Shown: one piece after another, positions 9,611 to 20,385 of the stretch
How the letters are laid out: each line of letters starts with the position of its first letter
Position numbering within the stretch: the first letter of the stretch is position 1
Assembly: GCA_016180425.1 (NCBI GenBank)
Contig: JACPBF010000001.1
Location: forward strand, 76,744-140,743
DNA: 64,000 nt
DNA from: Elusimicrobiota bacterium
GTDB taxonomy: Bacteria; Elusimicrobiota; Elusimicrobia; 2-02-FULL-39-32
Reading direction: 5' to 3'
Program-made: the position numbers and the translations under genes
The notes under the pieces: model-generated
What the model was told of the DNA's origin: nothing
Databases searched by the model: none
Seen by the model: only the letters and a program-made list of their open reading frames with translations

Positions 9611-11890
9611 ATGGCTGAATCAATAAAACATTCAAAATTCTCAAAATCTAATTCAGCTTTAAAAAAAAATCATCAAGATTTACTTTTAAACCATTACTCT
9701 AATTGGTGGATTGGATCCGGGATTCTCTGGTCTTACTTTGTAATCTATAAATACCTTCAACAATATCCATTAGATATTAGAAACTTTGAATCTCTCCTGC
9801 CTGTAAAGACTTTTTTTCCTACGCTTTCTATTCTTTTCTTCTATCTAAAAGGTCTGGCGGTCTGGTTAGGCATTGTTTCAGGCGCTCTTACCTTGGGGTA
9901 CTATTTTCTTAAAACATTTAAAATCAAGTGGAACTCATCCTTAGAACAATTTACCTTTTCTGTAGTTATTGGCCAGGCATTCATCGCCTTTATTTTTTTG
10001 TGTTTAAGCGCTCTTCACTTCTTATATTTTCCATTAATCATTATTTTTTGGTTTAGTTGTTGGATAAGCTTTTCTTGGTGTTTTCTAAAAAATTCCAATG
10101 GGAGAACTTTTCTTAAAGAAGGAACTAAAGAAATCTCAGTCTTCTGTTTTGGGAGTGCGCAACCATTTATCTTGAGATTGTTTTTGTGGATATTCTTAAG
10201 CGTGAGTTTTGTAATGGCTCTGGTCCCAGAAGTTTTTTATGATTCCCTGGTTTACCATTTAGGAATTCCTAACCTTTTTTTACAAGAAAAAGGGATCGTT
10301 AGAGTTTCTGGCGCAGTAAGTAAATTTCCAATGATTTTACAAACGCTTTATCTATTTGGGCTAGCTTTACATGATGAAATGGTTCCAAAATTAATCCATT
10401 GGTTTAATGGTGTTCTAATCCTGTTTGGTTTTGGAACTTTCACAAAACGTCTAGGACTTGCTATTCAGGTTGGTCTCATTGCTAGTATTTTTTTCATTTC
10501 TGTCCCAATGGTTCAGATGAACCTATGGACAAGCGGCATTGATATTAGCAGCTGTTTATTTGCATTTTTTGCTGCCTATGCTCTCTGCCTAGCAGTAGAA
10601 GGAATCCAAAATCAAAACCAACAAGATGAATCGTCCTCGTGGGTCATTCTTTCCGCGCTTTTGTGTGGATTCGCTTATGGTTCAAAATATCAGGGTGGGA
10701 TTATGGCAGGAACGTTATTTTTAAGCTTTTTCCTATTTCATCTTGTGCTTAATCCCAATAATTACAAAATTTTTTTAAGACAAAGCTTTTTCTTTATTTT
10801 AGTTTTTGGACTCGCTATTTCCCCTTGGCTGTTAAAAAATCTGTGGGACACAGGAAATCCAGTATTCCCTTTCCTATCTGCTTTATTCAAAAAATTTAAT
10901 CTACAAAACTATTTTTTAGATCCAGACCAGTGGCAAATTTTTATTAATGAAAATCGTCGTTTTATTACTGAATCTTGGAAAGAAAATTGGACACTACCTT
11001 GGAAACTTACATTCAAGGATCGCAATCAAAGCGGACTTTCTTTTCCAGGACCGCTTTTCTTAACTTTGCTTCCTCTTAGCCTTTTATCTATTCAATATTT
11101 AAAAAGAGAATGGAACCAAATAATCTTTTTGTTTCTTGCTTTCTTTTTTGTTGCTTCATTTAATTCTACCCACCTCACACGATATCATCTTCAGGGTTAT
11201 CCTTTACTCTGCTTTATTTATGCTCTTGGATTTTATATTGCTTTACAAAATAAAAATTTTTTAATAAAAATATTTTTTCTAATTCCTGTGATTCTAGTAT
11301 TAACTGAAAATTTACAGACCTGCGCCTTCATCATAAAAAATTCTTATAGCCCAGGGGAAGTGCTTTCTGGAAGGGAAAGCCGCGAAGATTACAAAATGGT
11401 TACACACCCGGGTCTTAATCCCTATCCAGCTAATGTCATGTTTCGCTGGATGGAGAACACCCTGCCTAAAACAACACGCACCCTCTTTATAGGAGATTCC
11501 AAAACCTATGACCTAAAATTACCCTACCTTTATACGGATGTGCATGGACAAAACCCTCTGATTGGGTGGGTAAACAATTCAAACTCATCAGAAGAACTCT
11601 TAAAACACTTTCAAAATTCTGGGATTACCCATATTTTAATAAATTTCAATGAAGCGCGTCGCACTTATGGTTATAAAATGTTAAAATGGAATAAGGAAAA
11701 ATTTGAATTATTTGAATTATTTTGGAATGACTATGTGAAAGAAAAACATAGAGAAGTCATCCCAGAACGTTTTTTTCCAAGAAACAGCTTGATCCTACTT
11801 TATGAAATTCAAAAAATAAAAAATGAAAACTCAAAACAAAATACAGAATCCAGTCCTATATTTATATTGGAACAACTCAATAAAAAATAA
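9611..11890 (+). CDS. Multi-pass membrane protein, GT-C (ArnT/PMT-like) glycosyltransferase candidate
   Basis: Many TM helices; YDSLVYHL loop, GSKYQG, SPWLLKNLWDTGNPVFPF motifs; ATG at 9611. Confidence 0.6.
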   Translation: MAESIKHSKFSKSNSALKKNHQDLLLNHYSNWWIGSGILWSYFVIYKYLQQYPLDIRNFESLLPVKTFFPTLSILFFYLKGLAVWLGIVSGALTLGYYFLKTFKIKWNSSLEQFTFSVVIGQAFIAFIFLCLSALHFLYFPLIIIFWFSCWISFSWCFLKNSNGRTFLKEGTKEISVFCFGSAQPFILRLFLWIFLSVSFVMALVPEVFYDSLVYHLGIPNLFLQEKGIVRVSGAVSKFPMILQTLYLFGLALHDEMVPKLIHWFNGVLILFGFGTFTKRLGLAIQVGLIASIFFISVPMVQMNLWTSGIDISSCLFAFFAAYALCLAVEGIQNQNQQDESSSWVILSALLCGFAYGSKYQGGIMAGTLFLSFFLFHLVLNPNNYKIFLRQSFFFILVFGLAISPWLLKNLWDTGNPVFPFLSALFKKFNLQNYFLDPDQWQIFINENRRFITESWKENWTLPWKLTFKDRNQSGLSFPGPLFLTLLPLSLLSIQYLKREWNQIIFLFLAFFFVASFNSTHLTRYHLQGYPLLCFIYALGFYIALQNKNFLIKIFFLIPVILVLTENLQTCAFIIKNSYSPGEVLSGRESREDYKMVTHPGLNPYPANVMFRWMENTLPKTTRTLFIGDSKTYDLKLPYLYTDVHGQNPLIGWVNNSNSSEELLKHFQNSGITHILINFNEARRTYGYKMLKWNKEKFELFELFWNDYVKEKHREVIPERFFPRNSLILLYEIQKIKNENSKQNTESSPIFILEQLNKK

Positions 11891-11908
11891 TCTTCCAAAT
11901 AAATAAAC

Positions 11909-12808
11909 ATGAATCAAAAACCTTTAAGTGAAAATTCAATCAGTGTGATTCTGCCAGCTTACAACGAAGCAGGCTCTATTGAAGAGGAGATCGTTCAAAT
12001 TCAAAAAGTCTTGAAAGAGTCAAAAATCCCATATGAATTTATTGTTGTTGATGACGGTTCCACAGATGAAACATCAAAAATCGCTCAAAATAAAGGAGTA
12101 AAAGTTGTCCGCCATCTAAAAAACCGTGGGGTGGGCGCAGCAAGAAAAACAGGAATTCTTTCAGCTCAAAATGAAATCATCCTCACAACAGATGCGGATG
12201 GAACCTACCCTCAACAACCAATGCCTAACTTATTACAACTACTTATAAACAATAACTTTGATATGGTTGTGGGCGCAAGAGTCAAAGAAAAAGGGACCCA
12301 TTATTGGCTGCGCTTACCAGCCAAATTCCTAATTAGAAAACTGGCTTCCTATTTATGCAAGGAAAAAATACCAGATTTGAATTCAGGCTTAAGAGTTTTT
12401 AAGAAATCCGTAGCGCTTAAATATTTTTATCTGCTTCCTGATTCTCACTCTTGGGAATCCACAATCACCTTGGCTTTTCTCTGTAACCACCAAAGGGTCT
12501 ATTTTTACCCCATTGATTACTTTAGAAGATCCGGTGGCAAATCTTCGTTTCATCCAATTAAAGATACGTACAATTATTTTTCCCTTGTAATTAGAACCGT
12601 CATGTATTTTAACCCATTAAGAATTTTTTTACCTCTTTTTGTTTTTGTCTTGCTTTCTGGTTGTACCAAGACAATCTATGATTGGTTAATTTATCAAAAT
12701 ATTGGAGGCTTTGATGTAATGCTTATACTCTCCAGCCTGATTATATTGTTAACTGGCCTTCTAGCAGATTTGATGGTAGTTCTTCATCGCAAATTAGATC
12801 ATCCCTGA
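11909..12808 (+). CDS. GT2 glycosyltransferase, polyprenol-phosphate sugar synthase (DPM1-like) with two C-terminal TM helices
   Basis: ILPAYNE, VVDDGSTD, DADG, DLNSGLRVF. Confidence 0.85.
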   Translation: MNQKPLSENSISVILPAYNEAGSIEEEIVQIQKVLKESKIPYEFIVVDDGSTDETSKIAQNKGVKVVRHLKNRGVGAARKTGILSAQNEIILTTDADGTYPQQPMPNLLQLLINNNFDMVVGARVKEKGTHYWLRLPAKFLIRKLASYLCKEKIPDLNSGLRVFKKSVALKYFYLLPDSHSWESTITLAFLCNHQRVYFYPIDYFRRSGGKSSFHPIKDTYNYFSLVIRTVMYFNPLRIFLPLFVFVLLSGCTKTIYDWLIYQNIGGFDVMLILSSLIILLTGLLADLMVVLHRKLDHP

Positions 12809-12810
12809 TT

Positions 12811-15492
12811 CTAATTTTTAAGTAATTTTGCCTGCTCAAAATCTCTCTTAGAATCTTCGAGTTTACCCTGTTTATAAAATATTTGAGATCTCTCCATTAG
12901 CAAATCAGAATTATTAGGATTTAAAGAGATTGCTTTTGTTAAATCTAAAACTGCAAGATCAATTTGGCCTAATTGCTGATATGACCTGGAACGCCATACA
13001 AATGCCGCAGAATTATTTTGTTCAATTTCAATAACTTTTGTTAAATAAGGTATGGCTTCCGAAAATTTATTATTTTTAAAATATGCCAATCCTAAAGAAA
13101 CATTAATTCTATGAGCAAGACTCTTCTGAAATATATGACGATTCAAAAGTTCTAAAATTTGTATTGACTTTTCATTTTCACCATTATTGCTATAAGCATC
13201 TGCCAATTCCAAATAAAGAAATGGATATTTATATACATCCTCTAATTCAAACGAAATGGATTGAAATAACTCATTAGGATTAGATTTAATCGTATACCAG
13301 ATCAATCGTCCACTAGGCACTCTAAAACGTTCAGTAGAGTGTTGCGATAATAGAACTTCTATTTTAGTTAGATCAGCTGGTTCTATTTTATAATCATGAT
13401 GATTAGGATCATTAACAGTATAATTATTGATCCAAGCTTTCCACTCAATAGGATCATAAATAATATGTTTAAATCCTTCTTGCAAAAGTTGATGCTTGAG
13501 ATCCATAGCATCTTTAGCTTTTTCTGCAAAATAAAGCATGGGTTGCTTATCTAATTCAAATGACCAATAATGTCTTCGTTCAATTCCAAAAGGCCGTATT
13601 GAACCTAAAAAGATTACTCGATCTTCCTCAAAACTATATTTATTAATTAGATAATGCATCCATTCCATTTCATCAATTGTTGCAAAATCTACACCCCCAG
13701 GATTATGACTCATAAAATGCCAAATAGGTGATCCTATGAACATGATCATACTTGAAAAATAATTCATGCGCAGCATGTTGCTAACAGAAATCCCTCTAAT
13801 TATATTTAGAATAACTAATAGGATGGTGAGAGATTTAAAAAATTTAGATTTTAAATTTTGCCAAGTTGCCTCTAAAGATAATCCAAATAAACAGCAGAAA
13901 AGAAAGAAGAGCGGCCCTATATGGTATGGGGGTTTAATTGTAAAGGTAAGAGAAAATAAATAACTTAATAAAACAATGGCAGTAATCCAACGGATTTCCT
14001 TTACAAAAAATTTAAAAAAACAAAAAAAAGCGGAAAAACAGATCCAAATACTCGGCCCCCACCATATAGCCGCATTTCCTAAACTGCCTACTGGTTTAAA
14101 TTGAGAGAGATTTCTTAAATATATCAATAATCCAGAAAATCCTAATTGGATTAAACCATAAGTGCCTGGATGATCTCTATGCCATGGGAATAATGGATTT
14201 ACGTTAAAAATTTTATTTAAAAATGGGTATATTGGATTGCCAGTCAAAAGAGCTGTTCTAACCAACCATGGACCCCATGAGATTAATAAACCAGAAACAA
14301 AAATTAGACATAGTTTTCCTGACTCCAATACCTTTTCTTTAAAAATTTTTGAAGAATTATAAAAGAAAAAAATAAATGTTCCTCCTGTTGTTATTATAAC
14401 TGATTGAATAGCAGTAAATTTATGTCCTATTGCTACACCAGAAAATAGACCTGCAAGAAAAAGCCAATTTATAGTATCAGATTGTTGCTGACTATATTTT
14501 CTAAATGAAAATAATAGAGCCCACCATTGAAGAACTAAAAAAATTCCTAACTGCAAGTCGTTTTTGACATAAGTCACTAACCAAGGACCTAGATAACTAA
14601 ATAAAAAAATACTAGTACAACAAAGAGCTGCAAGTCTAGATGCAATTCGTGAAATCCAACCATACACAAACAACAGCAGAACTACGAAAAACCCCCAAAT
14701 TAATAAATACGCAGCCTCTTTTGAATTTACAAGGAGTACCCACACCATTAAAAGTTGATTATTCTGATGGAAATAACTATAGATATGAAAAGGATTGGGA
14801 ACAAACCTCCCTTCAGCAACATAATATCCTGGTAAAGCCATATCTATCGTAAGAGTGTCCCAGTAATTATATGGAACAATACATTGGCTTACCCATAAAA
14901 AAATCACACTAATAATAAATGTGATCCATAATAATTCGACATTCCATTTAATGGAATTAAATAAATTTATTATTTTATCTTTGCTAATGTTTTTTTTAAG
15001 ATGAATTACAAAAAGCAACAATCCAGTGAAAAGGAGTATAAATGCAATCCATCTTTTAAATAGACCCAAAATCCCAAGAAAAAACCAAAACATCCCACAG
15101 ATCCATGACCCTAAAAACCAACTACAAGCAAACATTTCTAATTTAGAAAATGGGAAAATAAAATTTAATATTTTACTAAGTAACCATTTCCCCGACCAAT
15201 AGAAAAAAGAGGAAATAGAAATAAAAACTAGAATAGCCCAAAGAGATGCGGCGTACCCTCCTTTAAAAGATAACAAAAGTTTTAAATTATAGTAAACAAC
15301 ATCAAAATTAATAAATTCATGAATATTATTAAATGGAATATAAAACCAATAACTTTTATATAGAGCATAAAAAGAAAAAAATAGAATAATAAGAAAAAAG
15401 ATAAGGAGGGTACTCTTTTTCTCAACAACCATAAAAAATTCTTTTGGAGTAATAGGCACTACTCTTTTGGCTTTATTATTTTTTCTTGCCAT
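12811..15492 (-). CDS. Multi-pass GT-C-like membrane protein with C-terminal TPR repeats
   Basis: YWDTL loop, GHKFT, GPWLVRTALLTGNPIYPF (shared with 9611 gene); TPR-like tail SLGLAYFKNNKFSEAI...AISLNPNN. Confidence 0.6.
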   Translation of the reverse strand: MARKNNKAKRVVPITPKEFFMVVEKKSTLLIFFLIILFFSFYALYKSYWFYIPFNNIHEFINFDVVYYNLKLLLSFKGGYAASLWAILVFISISSFFYWSGKWLLSKILNFIFPFSKLEMFACSWFLGSWICGMFWFFLGILGLFKRWIAFILLFTGLLLFVIHLKKNISKDKIINLFNSIKWNVELLWITFIISVIFLWVSQCIVPYNYWDTLTIDMALPGYYVAEGRFVPNPFHIYSYFHQNNQLLMVWVLLVNSKEAAYLLIWGFFVVLLLFVYGWISRIASRLAALCCTSIFLFSYLGPWLVTYVKNDLQLGIFLVLQWWALLFSFRKYSQQQSDTINWLFLAGLFSGVAIGHKFTAIQSVIITTGGTFIFFFYNSSKIFKEKVLESGKLCLIFVSGLLISWGPWLVRTALLTGNPIYPFLNKIFNVNPLFPWHRDHPGTYGLIQLGFSGLLIYLRNLSQFKPVGSLGNAAIWWGPSIWICFSAFFCFFKFFVKEIRWITAIVLLSYLFSLTFTIKPPYHIGPLFFLFCCLFGLSLEATWQNLKSKFFKSLTILLVILNIIRGISVSNMLRMNYFSSMIMFIGSPIWHFMSHNPGGVDFATIDEMEWMHYLINKYSFEEDRVIFLGSIRPFGIERRHYWSFELDKQPMLYFAEKAKDAMDLKHQLLQEGFKHIIYDPIEWKAWINNYTVNDPNHHDYKIEPADLTKIEVLLSQHSTERFRVPSGRLIWYTIKSNPNELFQSISFELEDVYKYPFLYLELADAYSNNGENEKSIQILELLNRHIFQKSLAHRINVSLGLAYFKNNKFSEAIPYLTKVIEIEQNNSAAFVWRSRSYQQLGQIDLAVLDLTKAISLNPNNSDLLMERSQIFYKQGKLEDSKRDFEQAKLLKN

Positions 15493-15514
15493 ACATTTTT
15501 AATTTCACTAAAAA

Positions 15515-15543
15515 ATAGTACCAAAATAATAAGTTCTTGACAA
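15515..15543 (-). promoter_or_regulatory. sigma70-type promoter for the 12811-15492 gene
   Basis: Minus strand TTGTCA-N17-TACTAT with TGn extension; its -35 overlaps the hrcA -35. Confidence 0.55.
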
Positions 15544-15565
15544 AAAAGTAACAACCTGTTATATT
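15537..15565 (+). promoter_or_regulatory. sigma70-type promoter of the hrcA operon
   Basis: TTGACA (15537-42)-N17-TATATT (15560-65), just upstream of CIRCE. Confidence 0.75.
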
Positions 15566-15568
15566 ATA

Positions 15569-15595
15569 TTAGCACTCGCTATAATTGAGTGCTAA
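15569..15595 (+). promoter_or_regulatory. CIRCE operator (HrcA binding site)
   Basis: Perfect consensus TTAGCACTC-N9-GAGTGCTAA. Confidence 0.98.
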
Positions 15596-15600
15596 TATAT

Positions 15601-16749
15601 ATGCGCGCCTTAAACCAAGAAGAAATCGAAGAAAGAAAGAAAAAAGTCCTGCAGTATGTGATCCATGAGCATATCCGCACAGGGAAACCTGTTGGTTCTC
15701 ATAGTATCTCTAACACAAGCCGCTTGGGACTTTCTTCAGCTTCTATCCGCCACACTCTTTTTGAACTGGAAAAGTCTGGCATGATTGCTCAGCCGCACGC
15801 CTCAGCCGGCAGAATCCCAACAGATAAAGGATACAGGCTCTATGTGGATTCGCTTGTAGAAATGCAGCGATTGGCTGTTCAGGAACAAGTAAGGATTCAA
15901 ACCGAATATGAAGCCCGAATTAAAGAGATTGAGGATTTTATGAGCCAAACATCCAGAATGCTTTCAACCCTTTCTCACTATACGGGTTTTGTCATGACTC
16001 CTAAGTGGGAAAAAAATATATTCTCTTGTTTAGAATTAGTTCCCATTACCAGTAAGAGAGTTCTATGCGCCATGATCACCGAATCAGGCATGGCTAAACA
16101 CTTTACAATCAACACTCAAATAGAAATCCCAAGAGAACATCTGCGTAAAATAGCAAGAATTATTAATCAAAACTTTCAAGGCTCTACCTTAGAAAACGTG
16201 AAATTAAAATTGGTGGAGTGCCTAGAAAATTTACAGGAAGAAACTAAAGAAATTTTTAGTCTGGCTAGGGAAATAGGAGAAGAGATCAAAAAATTTTCCT
16301 CAGGTGAAATCTACCTTGAGGGAGCAGGCAACATCCTCTCTCTTCCGGATTTTTCTGGAACAGCCGACTTACAAAATCTGCTCAAAGTAATCGAAGAAAA
16401 ACAAATTTTAACTAATATCCTAGAAAACGAAATCTTAGAGGATCAAAAATCTCAAAATTCTAAAGAACAGATTAAAACTAAAAATTTAAATGAACGTTTA
16501 CAAACAAAATCAGAACATTTGGAGTCAAAAAAAATAAGACGGGTTCATGTGAGGATAGGTTCAGAAAATCTAAATAAGGCATTGCAAAACTTAAGCGTTA
16601 TTTCATCCACCTATCAACTGGCGGATAAAACAGTGGGGGTTCTTGGCATTTTAGGGCCAAAGCGGATGGAATATCCAAAAATGATTTCTTTAGTGGATTA
16701 TATTTCTCAAATGGTGAATAAAATGTTAAAGGAATTGGATCAGAGGTAG
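15601..16749 (+). CDS. hrcA: Heat-inducible transcription repressor HrcA
   Basis: PVGS, SSASIR, QPHASAGRIPTDKGYR, GILGPKRMEY. ATG 15601 preferred because GTG 15589 lies inside CIRCE. Confidence 0.96.
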   Translation: MRALNQEEIEERKKKVLQYVIHEHIRTGKPVGSHSISNTSRLGLSSASIRHTLFELEKSGMIAQPHASAGRIPTDKGYRLYVDSLVEMQRLAVQEQVRIQTEYEARIKEIEDFMSQTSRMLSTLSHYTGFVMTPKWEKNIFSCLELVPITSKRVLCAMITESGMAKHFTINTQIEIPREHLRKIARIINQNFQGSTLENVKLKLVECLENLQEETKEIFSLAREIGEEIKKFSSGEIYLEGAGNILSLPDFSGTADLQNLLKVIEEKQILTNILENEILEDQKSQNSKEQIKTKNLNERLQTKSEHLESKKIRRVHVRIGSENLNKALQNLSVISSTYQLADKTVGVLGILGPKRMEYPKMISLVDYISQMVNKMLKELDQR

Positions 16750-16752
16750 TTT

Positions 16753-17346
16753 ATGACTGATGAAAATTTTGAAGAACCCTCTCAATCAAAAAATAGTAGT
16801 GAACCCGCACCCCAAGAAAAAAAAGAGGAGATTCAAAAAACTGATAATAGTATGGAAAAACCTGCAACAGAAGAGGAATCGTTAGAGTTACTAAAAACAA
16901 AAACTCAAAATTATTTAGACCAACTTCTGCGATTACAGGCAGAATTCTCCAATTATCGTAAAAGAGTGGAAAAAGAAAAAATGGAGGCTATAAAATTCGG
17001 CAGAGTGATCATGATTGAAAGAATGATAACCATCTTAGATGTCATGGAAGGGGCCTTAAAACATTCTCAAAAAGCAACAGATATCAATTCTTTAATTAAG
17101 GGATTTGAAATAGTGGTGCAAGAATTTTTTAGATTCTTAAAATCAGAAGGAGCCCAACCGCTAAAAACCCTGGGAGAACATTTTGACCCTCATCTGCATG
17201 AAGCGTTGGAGCAAATAGAAACAAATAAAGAAGAGGAAAACAATATTATTTTAGAAGAAATTCAAAAAGGTTATACCTTAAATGGACAACTTTTAAGACC
17301 CGCAAAGGTTAAAGTAGCAAAAATAAAAATTAAAGAGACAAAATAG
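16753..17346 (+). CDS. grpE: Nucleotide exchange factor GrpE
   Basis: [38 protein letters not shown]. Confidence 0.97.
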   Translation: MTDENFEEPSQSKNSSEPAPQEKKEEIQKTDNSMEKPATEEESLELLKTKTQNYLDQLLRLQAEFSNYRKRVEKEKMEAIKFGRVIMIERMITILDVMEGALKHSQKATDINSLIKGFEIVVQEFFRFLKSEGAQPLKTLGEHFDPHLHEALEQIETNKEEENNIILEEIQKGYTLNGQLLRPAKVKVAKIKIKETK

Positions 17347-17377
17347 TTTTAAACTTAAATGTTTGGAGGAAAAAAAT

Positions 17378-19231
17378 ATGTCAAAAATTATTGGAATTGA
17401 TCTAGGAACCAGCAACTCTGCGGCTGCAGTCATGGAGGGAGGGAAAGGCACCATTATCCCTTCAGCTGAAGGCACCACATTAGGGGGAAAAGCATTCCCT
17501 TCCTATGTAGCCATTACAAAAGATGAACAGCTTTTGGTAGGCGAGCCTGCCCGCAGGCAAGCGGTGACCAACCCTGAAGGCACCCTCACTGCTTTTAAAA
17601 GGAAAATGGGAGAGGATTATAAATATCCAATTCATGGTAAAGATTTTACTCCCCAGCAACTCTCCGGGTTTATTCTGCAAAAAGTTAAAAGAGACGCGGA
17701 ATCCTTTCTAGGAACTAAAGTTGAAAAAGCCGTGATTACAGTGCCAGCTTATTTTAATGATAACCAGCGTCAAGCTACAAAAGATGCCGGCACCATTGCC
17801 GGGTTAGAAGTAGTTCGTATCATCAATGAACCTACCGCGGCCTGCTTAGCTTATGGAATTGACAAAAAAGGAAAAGAGGAAAAAATCCTTGTATTTGATC
17901 TTGGAGGCGGAACCTTGGATGTAACCATCATGGATTTTGGCGGAGGGGTTTTTGAAGTGATCTCCACCAGTGGAGATACCAAATTAGGCGGCACAGACAT
18001 GGACGCCACTTTAATTGACTATATCGCTTCTGAATTTAAAAAGGAAACAGGCATAGATTTACGCAATGATAAGATGGCGATGCAAAGACTTAAAGAAGCA
18101 GCGGAAAAAGCAAAAATAGAATTATCCAATGTATTAGAAACAGATCTTAATTTGCCTTTTATCACTGCGGATGCCAACGGCCCAAAACATTTAACCATGA
18201 AACTCTCCCGAGCAAAACTAGAATCCTTAGTGGACCCTATTGTAAAAAGATGCGAACATTCTATTGATCAGGCATTATCCGACGCCAAATTAAAACCTGC
18301 TGATATCTCAAAAATTATTCTTGTAGGCGGCCCGACTCGCATGCCTATTATTCAAAAATTCGTAGAAGATCATGTGGGCAAAAAAGTAGAAAGAGGGATT
18401 GATCCAATGGAATGCGTGGCGATTGGAGCAGGAGTGCAAGCCGCGGTACTGACAGGAGAAGTTAAGGATGTTTTGCTTCTGGATGTTACGCCTCTATCTT
18501 TAGGAATAGAAACTTTGGGGGGGGTATTTACAAAGCTGATTGAAAGAAATACAACCATCCCGGTAAAAAAATCGCAGACTTTTTCTACTGCCAGCGATAA
18601 CCAGCCGGCAGTGACTGTACATGTTATGCAAGGTGAAAGAGCTATGGTGGAAGGCAATGTTTCTTTAGGAAGATTTGATTTAGTTGGTATCCCGCCAGCG
18701 CCTAGAGGCATGCCCCAAATTGAAGTGACCTTTGACATTGATGCCAATGGAATCTTGCATGTGGTGGCAAAAGATCATGGCACAGGCAAAGAACAATCCA
18801 TTAAGATTACAGCTCCCAACAAACTTTCTAAAGATGAAGTAGAAAAATTCGTAAAACAGGCGGAAGAATACGCGGAACAGGATAAAAAGAAAAAAGAAGA
18901 GACTGAGGTTAAAAACGAGGCTGACTCTGTCATTTATGCAACTGAAAAAGCCCTAAAAGAGCATGGAGACAAAATTTCTCAGGACGAAAGACTAAAAGTG
19001 GAACAAGCTCTTTCAGACGCAAAAGAAACCCTAAAAGGTTCGGATCTTGAAAAAATAAAAAAAGCTAAGGAGACCTTGCTGACAGCGTCTCATAAACTTG
19101 CTGAACAACTCTACCAAGAGGCCTCCGCAAAAGCAAAAACCAGCAACGCGGACCAATCCAAAACTGAAGGTACAAACAACGATAAAGATAAGGTTGTAGA
19201 TGCGGAAATTGTAGATGAGGATAAAAAATAA
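17378..19231 (+). CDS. dnaK: Chaperone DnaK (Hsp70)
   Basis: [43 protein letters not shown] at 17365-69. Confidence 0.98.
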   Translation: MSKIIGIDLGTSNSAAAVMEGGKGTIIPSAEGTTLGGKAFPSYVAITKDEQLLVGEPARRQAVTNPEGTLTAFKRKMGEDYKYPIHGKDFTPQQLSGFILQKVKRDAESFLGTKVEKAVITVPAYFNDNQRQATKDAGTIAGLEVVRIINEPTAACLAYGIDKKGKEEKILVFDLGGGTLDVTIMDFGGGVFEVISTSGDTKLGGTDMDATLIDYIASEFKKETGIDLRNDKMAMQRLKEAAEKAKIELSNVLETDLNLPFITADANGPKHLTMKLSRAKLESLVDPIVKRCEHSIDQALSDAKLKPADISKIILVGGPTRMPIIQKFVEDHVGKKVERGIDPMECVAIGAGVQAAVLTGEVKDVLLLDVTPLSLGIETLGGVFTKLIERNTTIPVKKSQTFSTASDNQPAVTVHVMQGERAMVEGNVSLGRFDLVGIPPAPRGMPQIEVTFDIDANGILHVVAKDHGTGKEQSIKITAPNKLSKDEVEKFVKQAEEYAEQDKKKKEETEVKNEADSVIYATEKALKEHGDKISQDERLKVEQALSDAKETLKGSDLEKIKKAKETLLTASHKLAEQLYQEASAKAKTSNADQSKTEGTNNDKDKVVDAEIVDEDKK

Positions 19232-19243
19232 ATCTTTAATCTC

Positions 19244-20383
19244 ATGACCACAAAAAAAGACTATTACGAAATTTTAGGCGTAAATAAAAACGCTTCTGGG
19301 GAAGAGCTTAAGTCCGCATACAGAAACTTAGCCAAAAAATACCATCCTGATATTAATAAAGACAAGGGAGCTGAAGAAAAATTTAAAGAAGCTAATGAGG
19401 CTTATGAAATTCTTTCTGACCCACACAAACGCCAGCTCTATGATCAATATGGACATGCTGGGGTGAACAACCAAGCAGGAGCTGGAGGGTTTGGACAAGG
19501 AGGTTTTGGCAATTTTGAAGGATTTGGAGATGTGAATGACATTTTTGGAGACTTCTTTGAAAATATATTTACAGGTCAAACTGGAAGGCAAAGCTCTAGA
19601 AAATCCAGAGCTAGCCGAGGGGATGACCTACAAGTTCGTGTCACTATGACTTTACATGAGGTGCTGAGAGGTACTCAAAAAACAATTAAAATAGGTCACA
19701 CCAAAACCTGTGATAAATGTACCGGATCAGGCGCTAAACATGGAACCTCCCTAAAAACTTGCCATCAATGCAAGGGTTCTGGTTCGATTAATTTCCGTCA
19801 AGGGTTTTTCTCTCTTTCACAAACTTGTTCGCGCTGCAAAGGACAGGGACAAGTGATTGAAAACCCTTGTGAAAATTGCCATGGACAAGGAAAAGTAAGA
19901 AGCCAAGAACCGATTACTGTAAAAATACCTTCTGGGGTACAGGAAGGAACAGCTTTAAGAGTGAATGGCGCTGGCGAAGCTGGAAATTATGGTGGATCAG
20001 CTGGAGATCTTTATGTGGTGATTCATGTTGAGCCAGATCAAAAATTTGAACGAAAAGATGATGATATCTTGATAGAACAAAAAATCTCAATTGCTCAAGC
20101 CTCTTTAGGAGCTGAGATTGAAATTCCATCTCTTGAAGACCCTGTAACTTTAAGAATCCCGCCAGGGACTCAAACCGGGACTGTATTTCGGGTAAAAGAA
20201 AAAGGAATTCCACATCTTGGGGGGCGAGGTCGGGGGGATGAATTGGTCCGAATTCTGGTAGAAGTTCCCACCCACTTAACTGAAAAGCAAAAAGAACTGC
20301 TTAAAGAGCTTGCAAAAAGTTTTGGAGAAGAAAAAACAGCCAAGGATGAAGATTCTTTTATAAAAAAAGTTTTTGGTAAATAA
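19244..20383 (+). CDS. dnaJ: Chaperone DnaJ
   Basis: J-domain HPD, G/F-rich region, four CxxCxGxG repeats. Confidence 0.98.
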   Translation: MTTKKDYYEILGVNKNASGEELKSAYRNLAKKYHPDINKDKGAEEKFKEANEAYEILSDPHKRQLYDQYGHAGVNNQAGAGGFGQGGFGNFEGFGDVNDIFGDFFENIFTGQTGRQSSRKSRASRGDDLQVRVTMTLHEVLRGTQKTIKIGHTKTCDKCTGSGAKHGTSLKTCHQCKGSGSINFRQGFFSLSQTCSRCKGQGQVIENPCENCHGQGKVRSQEPITVKIPSGVQEGTALRVNGAGEAGNYGGSAGDLYVVIHVEPDQKFERKDDDILIEQKISIAQASLGAEIEIPSLEDPVTLRIPPGTQTGTVFRVKEKGIPHLGGRGRGDELVRILVEVPTHLTEKQKELLKELAKSFGEEKTAKDEDSFIKKVFGK

Positions 20384-20385
20384 TT

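Noticed and set aside
15589..15600. GTG start for hrcA
   Set aside because: Falls inside the CIRCE right arm; ATG 15601 is more plausible
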